64,000 nt of DNA from a virus (taxonomy: Duplodnaviria > Caudoviricetes), in IMG/VR virus record IMGVR_UViG_3300021425_003554; one strand, 5' to 3'. This document shows, in pieces, positions 28,189-35,810 of the stretch (position 1 is the first letter of the stretch; every line of letters begins with the position of its first letter). The position numbers and the translations under genes were made by a program. The notes under the pieces were generated by a model. That model searched no databases and was not told the DNA's origin. It was given only the letters and a program-made list of their open reading frames with translations.

Positions 28189-28217
28189 ATTATAACATAA
28201 TTATGGCTAGAACTCAA
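28189..28217 (-). promoter_or_regulatory. sigma70-type promoter of the modification operon, leaderless
   Basis: minus strand TTGAGT(28217-28212)-17 nt-TATAAT(28194-28189), then 6 nt to ATG at 28182. Confidence 0.65.
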
Positions 28218-28234
28218 CCTGGTAAAATTAATTA

Positions 28235-29206
28235 CTAGGCAGTACTGTTTGATGTTACCGCAGTCGAAGACGGAACATACGCTGTTGTTAAACCGTTTGT
28301 TGTGTTAGGGTTTAAAGTCAACAATGTGTGTCTTGTCTGACCAATGAAGTTGGCATATTGATCAACACCTGAAGTGTTACCAGATGTAAATGTGCCATCT
28401 CCGCCGTCTGGATCATTGAACTCTACTCTCACTGTGATCGCTGTTGCTGTTCCCACTGCACCATTCAATTTTGCTTGTATGTCTAGGTACATTGAAGTGT
28501 AACTGCCACCATCTTGTGTGAGTCTAAGTATTGTTTGATAAGACGTTGTTAGGTCATGATAACCAAGAGCAAGTCCGTTTGTACTTACTGTTTCAGTTGA
28601 ACCTGATCTTGTAGATAATTGTGAACCAATCGCAAGTCTTCCCAACCCAGTTACCAATTCGCTGAGTGAGTTGTCTTTTGATGTTGCTGAAGAACCACCA
28701 TTACCTATTCTTGATGTGTCTATTTGAATTTTTCCGCCAGCGTTAAAGAACCATCTCATTTCATTACCACTTGAAAAGTTTGTAGTAAGTTCTGATACAT
28801 GGCTACCTGTCCATCTTGTGCTGGAGTCTGCATTTTGTAATGCACCTGACTGAGTCAATCCTCCTGATGCTGATGGGCATCCTGCCGCAACCGCTGTGGC
28901 TAGATTTGCCAAGTCAGTTTGTAATGCTGAAATAATCGCAACATTATCACCTGCCGCTTTTGCTGTTGTTGATGTTAATGAAACTTCTGCATGGTTGGCA
29001 AGGTTGTCCATGGCACCGAATAGTGAGTTCCATTGGGCCGCTGTTACCGTGTTACCTGCTGTTACTGTTGAAATTGTCGTTTGTCCTAAACCATACGCAC
29101 CTGATCCTGTTCCGATCATGTGGTTGATTCCGTAAGGTGATGAGCTACTCGCCGCGAACGAGTTATATTCATCATCTAAAATTGTGTCACCTGCTGTATA
29201 CGCCAT
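28235..29206 (-). CDS. virion structural protein (tail-fibre/baseplate associated)
   Basis: Ser/Thr/Gly-rich; MAYTAGDTI N-terminus; last gene of the structural operon; AGGAG SD. Confidence 0.6.
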   Translation of the reverse strand: MAYTAGDTILDDEYNSFAASSSSPYGINHMIGTGSGAYGLGQTTISTVTAGNTVTAAQWNSLFGAMDNLANHAEVSLTSTTAKAAGDNVAIISALQTDLANLATAVAAGCPSASGGLTQSGALQNADSSTRWTGSHVSELTTNFSSGNEMRWFFNAGGKIQIDTSRIGNGGSSATSKDNSLSELVTGLGRLAIGSQLSTRSGSTETVSTNGLALGYHDLTTSYQTILRLTQDGGSYTSMYLDIQAKLNGAVGTATAITVRVEFNDPDGGDGTFTSGNTSGVDQYANFIGQTRHTLLTLNPNTTNGLTTAYVPSSTAVTSNSTA

Positions 29207-29207
29207 G

Positions 29208-30818
29208 TTATTTAACTCCTATTGCACATTGTACTAATTGTGTTATCTTTGTATATTTATCTACTAACAGTCTTCCTAGCACGTTAAACGGTGTACAATC
29301 GTCTAATTGTGCTACTTTTGCCACTCCAGGGGTGCTACTGCTAACAATACGATCACCTTTTTTGCCTGTGCCCGTAACTTTTACATCTACCCTGCCTTTT
29401 AGAGCAATCATTGGGTGCGAATCGTTGTTTCCGGCATCTTTGTTCATTAAAAATGCTGGTTTTTCCGAAACAACACCAAATACTTGATTAGATAATTCCT
29501 CTTTGCAAATCGTCACTTCTTTTTCACCACCCAATATCACAACATCTCCGGGCTCTGTTGCCATATCTGCTTCGTACCTTTCCGCCAAATCTGCGTATTG
29601 TGCCGATGTTGATGTTGCGTGTACTATGTTGGCTCTGATGTCTGTCAGTGTCGGTGCACTTAAATTATCTGTGGATGATCTGAATGCAGTCCAGGCACCA
29701 CCGGCGTTGCCATAAATTGTGCTTCCGTCGTCTGCAAATGTTTCATCCCATACCCAATATAAATCTTCTTCCACAGGAGATGTTCCCACACCCCTATTGA
29801 CTTTTAATCCTGTATGATTCGGCATACTGGCATTGTTGGATATATTTCTATTCAACTCGATAATGTTGTCCTCTACCGATAAAGTAGTTGTATTGATAAT
29901 GGTCTGTGAACCTTCAACTGTCAATGTTCCTTTGACTCGTAGATCTCTTGGAATGATAACTGATGCTGTTCCACCATCTATTGTCAATGCATTAGTTGAC
30001 AACACACTGCCCGAATTGACATTTAATTTTATGTCTCCATTATTGATATTGTTTTCTAATATCAAATCATCTGCTATCATTGATAGAGATCCGTTAAGGC
30101 TTGCTCCAACAGATATTCCGTTTGTTATTGATAAACTTCCAGTTATGGCACCACCTGTTGTTTCTATGTAGGCGCTAGCCGATGTGCCATCTAACGCATC
30201 GGAGTTAGTTGATGTACCGTGTAATTTTGCTCCGGAAAGAGATGTTGAGTTCAATGTGATCCCAACAAAAATTGTTGAGAATCCAGAAATTGTTGTTTTT
30301 GGTACAAACTGTACTTGACTGACTATTGCCACTATGATATCGTTTGTGATCATTTTTAAAATCGATCTATTAACACCCACACTATCTTCCACTGTGTCTG
30401 AAACTATTTGTGTGACTCCAGAACCAGATACTGACGTTGGGCCGATCAATGTCCAACCTGAACCGTTGTACACATACAATTGATTGTTTGTTGTATCAAA
30501 CCAAGTATCACCTAGGTTTCCTGATGTGGGTTGTGTAGAAGAATTTCGACTGCTACCCACCGGTTTAAATTCTGTTCCATTATAAACATTGACTTGGTTG
30601 TTTAAAGAATCGTACCATAACTGTCCTTTGATTTTATTTGCAGGAGCAGTGGTGTTAGAAAAATTTTCTAACATCTTGACAAAGTTCTCATTCAATCTTT
30701 CACCGAAGCCGGCATACCCTTTACCAAAAAGTGCTAGATCAGTTGATGCAAGATCAATTGTTCCATCTTGTAACACAATTAATGTTGTACCGTCTGTTTT
30801 GTTTACTGTATATGCCAT
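29208..30818 (-). CDS. tail-fibre-like protein with C-terminal intramolecular chaperone/autocleavage (peptidase G2-like) domain
   Basis: MAYTVNKTDGT...GKGYAGFGE.LNENF...GQLWYD N-terminal module; YADLAE...GVVS..PAFLMN...ALKGRV.VKV C-terminus. Confidence 0.75.
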   Translation of the reverse strand: MAYTVNKTDGTTLIVLQDGTIDLASTDLALFGKGYAGFGERLNENFVKMLENFSNTTAPANKIKGQLWYDSLNNQVNVYNGTEFKPVGSSRNSSTQPTSGNLGDTWFDTTNNQLYVYNGSGWTLIGPTSVSGSGVTQIVSDTVEDSVGVNRSILKMITNDIIVAIVSQVQFVPKTTISGFSTIFVGITLNSTSLSGAKLHGTSTNSDALDGTSASAYIETTGGAITGSLSITNGISVGASLNGSLSMIADDLILENNINNGDIKLNVNSGSVLSTNALTIDGGTASVIIPRDLRVKGTLTVEGSQTIINTTTLSVEDNIIELNRNISNNASMPNHTGLKVNRGVGTSPVEEDLYWVWDETFADDGSTIYGNAGGAWTAFRSSTDNLSAPTLTDIRANIVHATSTSAQYADLAERYEADMATEPGDVVILGGEKEVTICKEELSNQVFGVVSEKPAFLMNKDAGNNDSHPMIALKGRVDVKVTGTGKKGDRIVSSSTPGVAKVAQLDDCTPFNVLGRLLVDKYTKITQLVQCAIGVK

Positions 30819-30822
30819 AATA

Positions 30823-30990
30823 TTAGTTGTCTCTTATCTCTGTTAAAAATGCAACATCTCCCAATAATTTAATTAAGATTGTTGCAATCTCTGGTGTGAT
30901 CACTCCAAGAAGAATTTCTTTTTCGCTTTCACTCAATACTTCATGTATATTTAAATTTATATAATCTGCTGTTTGTTGTTTAGTGATCAT
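30823..30990 (-). CDS. 55-aa microprotein (paralog B), absent from the ORF track
   Basis: hand translation MITKQQTADYINLNIHEVLSESEKEILLGVITPEIATILIKLLGDVAFLTEIRDN; fills the gap with 1-nt and 4-nt spacers. Confidence 0.75.
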   Translation of the reverse strand: MITKQQTADYINLNIHEVLSESEKEILLGVITPEIATILIKLLGDVAFLTEIRDN

Positions 30991-30991
30991 T

Positions 30992-31168
30992 TTAATTACT
31001 TTTATTACCCGCTACTTCTTTTAAAAATTCTACCTCGCCAACAACCTTGATTAATATGTCTGCGATTTCAGGATTAAGCATGGCATCTATTTTTGACTCT
31101 TCATCACTAGTCCATGCTTCAGACCAGGTTGAATCAATATATGCTGTTACTTCTGCTTTTGTTGTCAT
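30992..31168 (-). CDS. 58-aa microprotein (paralog A), absent from the ORF track
   Basis: hand translation MTTKAEVTAYIDSTWSEAWTSDEESKIDAMLNPEIADILIKVVGEVEFLKEVAGNKSN; AAGGA SD and AATAAATA upstream. Confidence 0.75.
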   Translation of the reverse strand: MTTKAEVTAYIDSTWSEAWTSDEESKIDAMLNPEIADILIKVVGEVEFLKEVAGNKSN

Positions 31169-31188
31169 TTTTTATAGTATCCTTACTG

Positions 31189-31659
31189 CTATTTATTAGA
31201 ATAACGTTTGCTTATTTGCTCATCATCCTGTATCCAATCCAATTTTTTATAGGTGTTACCTTTAAGGTCTTTAAGATAGGTTTTGACTGCATTTTCAGTT
31301 AATTCCATGCCATGATATTTGGTATATCTTTTCTGTAATGCTTCTTGTCCGGTGGTTGTAAACACTAAATCCATTCCTTTGTCCTTTGCCAATTGAAATA
31401 AGGAGTCGATACAGAGTTTGAGACCTGTGTGTAGATCTCTTTTATTCGCTTCTTTGTTTCCTACTACCCATTCCATGAAGGCAAATCTCGTACCTTTACC
31501 TATGTACAAACCACCTGCACAAATCGGAACCCCGTCTTTTTCAATCATTATTCCGTCCGGGGGTAAAACTTCTTGAGGTACCACTCCAAACTCATGTTGA
31601 TTCCACCATTTGACCAGTGTTTCGTAGTCTTTTTTTCTATGCCATTTTCTACTTTTCAT
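31189..31659 (-). CDS. GNAT-like hypothetical protein
   Basis: DYETLVKWW, PICAGGLY, EWVVGN...LCIDSLFQLAKDKG pattern resembles an acetyltransferase fold. Confidence 0.5.
   Translation of the reverse strand: MKSRKWHRKKDYETLVKWWNQHEFGVVPQEVLPPDGIMIEKDGVPICAGGLYIGKGTRFAFMEWVVGNKEANKRDLHTGLKLCIDSLFQLAKDKGMDLVFTTTGQEALQKRYTKYHGMELTENAVKTYLKDLKGNTYKKLDWIQDDEQISKRYSNK
31190..31197 (-). promoter_or_regulatory. T4-like late promoter candidate (AATAAATA)
   Basis: one mismatch to TATAAATA; overlaps the upstream stop codon and precedes the microprotein pair. Confidence 0.45.
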
Positions 31660-32233
31660 ATTTCTGAATCACTATTTTGTTTATGTTATATTTGTTTGTT
31701 GAAAAAACCAAGTCAACACATTCTGCCACATCTGTTGCTTTTAGTTTGGGATAATCTTCCCACAGTCCTTTTGACATTTCTGTTCTTACTGTATCTGGGC
31801 ATATGTCATGTACCGACATTGTTCCTGGTTGTAACAATTCCTGTTGTAATTCTGATATATAACCTATCAATTGTTTTTTCATTTTACAATACTCTATATA
31901 AGTTTTAGTTGTGTGTTCGGAATCTTGACCTGCTGATGTTCCTGATGTGCTTGTGATCACAGCAACTTTTTTGTTCGAATATAGATATTTTCCATAAATT
32001 CTTTTTAATAACTCTAGTTGTCCTTTTTTGGCGTATGCATTGATGACGATCAAACGACAATCATCTAATTTTTCTAATATTTCATTCTGTTGTTTTTCTA
32101 GATCAAAACCGTTGCTTCGGCTAAATCCAACGACAGTATAATTTTTTTTCTTGTATAAATCAGAGATGGCTTTACCAATTCCCTTGGTGTGACCCACTAT
32201 TGCTATCTTATTTTTGATTTTTTCTGTCCTCAT
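31649..32233 (-). CDS. short-chain dehydrogenase/reductase
   Basis: GHTKGIG Rossmann motif, INA, TS, YCKMK (YxxxK), PDTVRT. Confidence 0.82.
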   Translation of the reverse strand: MRTEKIKNKIAIVGHTKGIGKAISDLYKKKNYTVVGFSRSNGFDLEKQQNEILEKLDDCRLIVINAYAKKGQLELLKRIYGKYLYSNKKVAVITSTSGTSAGQDSEHTTKTYIEYCKMKKQLIGYISELQQELLQPGTMSVHDICPDTVRTEMSKGLWEDYPKLKATDVAECVDLVFSTNKYNINKIVIQKYEK

Positions 32234-32885
32234 AAACTTTTACCAAATTGTCTAAACCCTCAAAACATTCTGAATAATTTTGATAATATTCATCAAATTT
32301 TTCTTTAGTGTATTGCGATTCTTTATAAAAGTCAATGAGTAATGTGGTTCTATGTCCTGGATTGTTGTTGAATCCATTATGTAACTGCAATCCGGGTTGA
32401 AAAACATATGCTTCACCTGTTTTCCATGTGTATAGTTCTTGTTTATTGGTTTTTAAATTTGTTACCCACATACCACTATCGGAACCTCCACCGTCATCGA
32501 TACACAATTGATATCTCCATCCTCCCTCGTTGTCTGTATGATTACCAATTTTGGTGTTTGGTCCAACTGTCATAAATGCCACATTTGTTTTATAGGGAAA
32601 TTTTCTTAGTATCGAATACAACATAGGATAGTCGTTGTATTCCTGTCCTTCATGCTCACCTGATTGTATTCCTAATGCTTTCCATTCCCCGTGAACATAA
32701 TCCCCGGGCCTGTCTGTGTCGGAAAAATCTTCCGGCAATCCCCTAACACCATCTGAGAAATCTTCAGGATCTAAAAAAACTTTGTTGGGCTGTGACTCAA
32801 ATTCGTATTTGATTTCTTGAAAATGTTTTTCTAATTTTTTAAAACATTCTCCTTGTTCGCCGTGGTAAAAACTTTTATCAAGCAT
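32208..32885 (-). CDS. aspartyl/asparaginyl beta-hydroxylase-like Fe(II)/2OG oxygenase
   Basis: GEWKALG, HTD (HxD), RYQL, LHNGFN distal His, RTTLLIDF. Confidence 0.8.
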   Translation of the reverse strand: MLDKSFYHGEQGECFKKLEKHFQEIKYEFESQPNKVFLDPEDFSDGVRGLPEDFSDTDRPGDYVHGEWKALGIQSGEHEGQEYNDYPMLYSILRKFPYKTNVAFMTVGPNTKIGNHTDNEGGWRYQLCIDDGGGSDSGMWVTNLKTNKQELYTWKTGEAYVFQPGLQLHNGFNNNPGHRTTLLIDFYKESQYTKEKFDEYYQNYSECFEGLDNLVKVYEDRKNQK

Positions 32886-34293
32886 TTAGTATATTAACAT
32901 TTTTATCATGTATTTGTCTATCATGATTTTGCCAATTACTGAATATTCCTTCGCCGTGATTTATTAATTCTTGCTGTTCGCTTAATTCGAAGTAGTCGGT
33001 AAATTCTATACCATTAATAATTATTCTTCTATTTTCTGATCCAAACACATAAACTATATGCTCGTCATCACCTAGAGATACTCCGTGTTTGCTGTTTTCA
33101 ACCCTTGTCCATTTACCGTCTTCTTTGACCATGTGTGTGCCTGCAACCTTGATTCCTTTGTAATCGTATAAATTATCAACCAAGAATTTACCAGTGGCAA
33201 AAACAAATCCTCCTACTGCTACTTCGTCTTTGATATCTACCTGTTCGACTGGTTTGAATGACCCATCTGCCATTGTGATCATTGTGCCTGCCAAGAAACA
33301 ACCACCGCCACCAGATCCTGATGAAGCCGATGTAGAATTACCTGTTGAATCTCCAAAATCTGCCGAAGTGGGAGAAAATGTAACTCCCGAATTGAACATT
33401 GCTTTCCATATTCCACCAACTTTTGTGTAAGCGGCAGTTATGGTCTTCCAGGCACCGTCAACCTTTGTGTACATTTCGTTAATTTTTTTCCAGTCTCCGC
33501 CAACTTTTGTGTGTGCGTCAACATTGATATTAAAAGTTATTCTTACTAGACCGTTTCCTCCTGATCCTCCACGACCTCCACCGTATGCTATAGACGAAGG
33601 ATAGTATGGTGATCCTGTGCCACCTGGAGTTGTTCCAGAAGCCAATGTTACTGTTCCTCCCGCACTGGTTCCTGTGTAACCACCTTGACCACCTGTGTCA
33701 CCACTTGCTCCTGCTCCACCTCGGCCTCCATTGGCTCCACCGCCTCCGGCTCCACCACCACCTCCGTCTCCAGAGTGTCCGGCACCGTTTTCTCCCAATG
33801 TTCCGGGTGTTCCTGCTGTGGCCGATGTTGATCCTGTTGCTGACGCTCCTATGCCGTGGTTTCCACCACCGCCACCAGCACCACCACCGCCTGCTACTGC
33901 TATTTGTGTTCCACCGATAGTGATCACAGAGGCTCCGCCTCCTCCACCACCAGCACCTGACGAACCTGCTGGTCCAGAATTACCACCTCTGCCGCCTGAA
34001 TATCCTGTTAAACTTTTTCCATTGGTACCACCTGCCGCGTTACCTCCACCGGAACCGCCAGCACCTCCACCACCAACTCCGATTTTTATCGTCTGTCCGA
34101 CCAACGCACTTACGTCTATACCTGTTGCCACAACATAAGATCCACCGGCACCCGTGCCTCCGGGATTTCGATCGGCTCCACCGCCGCCTCCACCGCCGCC
34201 CCAAAGTTCAACGTCTATCGTGGATGTACCTGGCAACACTGTTGCCTGTTGTGTAGTACCTGTGTATGAAAATGTTTTGGTTATAGTTGGCAT
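32878..34293 (-). CDS. glycine-rich virion/adhesin protein with C-terminal Hint domain
   Basis: ELWGGGGGGGG polyglycine domain, three TKV.G.WK repeats, then GGG|CFLAGTMITMADG...GTH Hint signature. Confidence 0.8.
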   Translation of the reverse strand: MPTITKTFSYTGTTQQATVLPGTSTIDVELWGGGGGGGGADRNPGGTGAGGSYVVATGIDVSALVGQTIKIGVGGGGAGGSGGGNAAGGTNGKSLTGYSGGRGGNSGPAGSSGAGGGGGGASVITIGGTQIAVAGGGGAGGGGGNHGIGASATGSTSATAGTPGTLGENGAGHSGDGGGGGAGGGGANGGRGGAGASGDTGGQGGYTGTSAGGTVTLASGTTPGGTGSPYYPSSIAYGGGRGGSGGNGLVRITFNINVDAHTKVGGDWKKINEMYTKVDGAWKTITAAYTKVGGIWKAMFNSGVTFSPTSADFGDSTGNSTSASSGSGGGGCFLAGTMITMADGSFKPVEQVDIKDEVAVGGFVFATGKFLVDNLYDYKGIKVAGTHMVKEDGKWTRVENSKHGVSLGDDEHIVYVFGSENRRIIINGIEFTDYFELSEQQELINHGEGIFSNWQNHDRQIHDKNVNILNA

Positions 34294-34297
34294 TGTA

Positions 34298-35800
34298 TTA
34301 TGCCTCCCTTACAAACCAAATGTCTCCGTCTGAAGTTCCGGCATCGTTTACGCCGGCTGACGGTGCCACTAAACCAATGTATCGTTTTCCAGCAATGTTA
34401 TTACTTGCATCTGTATCTGCTCCACCGCCTGTAGTAACAGATCCGCCCCATCTGCCAATTGATTCAGCAACTTGTCCTGTGGTAGGAACGTTTAAATTTG
34501 ATGTATCTGTTGTGGAGATATTAGAACCAACAGCACCCAACTGTAAAGTTGTGACTTTTACAAGTCCTGCTGATGTGGTCTTTAAAACTCTCTCTCGGTT
34601 AGAATGTCCATCTGTGACTGCGTCAGTCAATGTGATGAGTTGTGAATATATTCCTCCTTCACCTGCTACCCAATTGTTATCTGACACTCTGTAAAATAAT
34701 CTGGCATCGTCGGTGTCTGATGTTTCTACAATGATTCCAGCATCTGCTTCTGCATTTCCTGAATTCAATTTAATGAAAGCATTTTCTACCAAATTGATTT
34801 GTGATGATAATTGTTCGTATTCGCCTGTGATACTTAAATTTCCTGTGATTTTAACATTACCTGTTATATCAAGATCCGCTGTTGGCGCCGATGTATGAAT
34901 TCCCACTCTGTTGTTTGTTCCGTCCAGTGTGATTGGTGTTTTATCACCACTTGAATGTTTTACACCTAAATTTAAAAATCCACCTTGTGACTTGTTGGCA
35001 ATTGTGTTATTGATACCTGTTATAGACATCTCTAATCCACCTGCAGGACTAGATACATCCGACACCAGTGTAATTGATGTTTCTGCTGTTAGTCTACCAT
35101 CTAGTGTTTGATCGGTGTCTTTTCTCATCATGTTGCCACCAGCAATGATTGTCGCTGAAGCATTGGTTGTATCTGATATATCCACTGCCGATGCTGATGT
35201 TGTTGATCCGGCAAATGATGCTCCCAGTGTACTGTTTAATGTTAATCCTGCTGTTATTGAGGCAAATCCTGTTATGGCCACCTGAGGTGTAAATGTCACA
35301 TTTGATAATATTGCAACTCTGATTGCTCCGTTGTAAAGAGAAGATATAACTCTTGCAACTCCACCGTTGTCGTTGATCGTTTCAATTTTAAATCCTGATT
35401 GTCCTTGACCTGATGAATAAACTGGTCCTACCAACACCCAAGCACTGCCTGAGTAGACATAAACTTGATCTGTTGTTGAATTGTGCCATAGGTCACCTGC
35501 TGATGGTGACGATGGTTGTGTTGTCGTGGTTCTGGCACCCCCTGATGGTTTAAATGATGTTCCGTCGTAAACTTTTAATGAATTACTGACAGTGTCAAAC
35601 CATAACTCTCCTTTTAGAGGAGCAGTTGGAGCCGATGTAGATGCTGAATTTTCTAATAATTTTACAAGGTTTTCGTTTAATAATTCACCAAAACCCGAAT
35701 AACTTTTTCCAAATAGTGTTAGTGATGTTGTGTTATCAATCGTGCTGTCTACGATTGTAGTTACTACTGTACCATCTGTTTTGTTAACTATGTATGCCAT
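34298..35800 (-). CDS. tail-fibre-like protein (MAYxVNKT family)
   Basis: same N-terminal module as 29208-30818 and 35811-37337; ends in DGDIWF. Confidence 0.72.
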   Translation of the reverse strand: MAYIVNKTDGTVVTTIVDSTIDNTTSLTLFGKSYSGFGELLNENLVKLLENSASTSAPTAPLKGELWFDTVSNSLKVYDGTSFKPSGGARTTTTQPSSPSAGDLWHNSTTDQVYVYSGSAWVLVGPVYSSGQGQSGFKIETINDNGGVARVISSLYNGAIRVAILSNVTFTPQVAITGFASITAGLTLNSTLGASFAGSTTSASAVDISDTTNASATIIAGGNMMRKDTDQTLDGRLTAETSITLVSDVSSPAGGLEMSITGINNTIANKSQGGFLNLGVKHSSGDKTPITLDGTNNRVGIHTSAPTADLDITGNVKITGNLSITGEYEQLSSQINLVENAFIKLNSGNAEADAGIIVETSDTDDARLFYRVSDNNWVAGEGGIYSQLITLTDAVTDGHSNRERVLKTTSAGLVKVTTLQLGAVGSNISTTDTSNLNVPTTGQVAESIGRWGGSVTTGGGADTDASNNIAGKRYIGLVAPSAGVNDAGTSDGDIWFVREA

Positions 35801-35810
35801 TTGTTTATAT

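Noticed and set aside
32878-33300. Hint domain as a splicing intein or mobile element
   Set aside because: It is at the C-terminus, with no C-extein, no terminal His-Asn and no homing endonuclease motifs
33695-34138. 147-aa proline-rich ORF on the + strand
   Set aside because: It is the antisense shadow of polyglycine codons (GGN read as NCC) in 32878-34293; no SD or promoter
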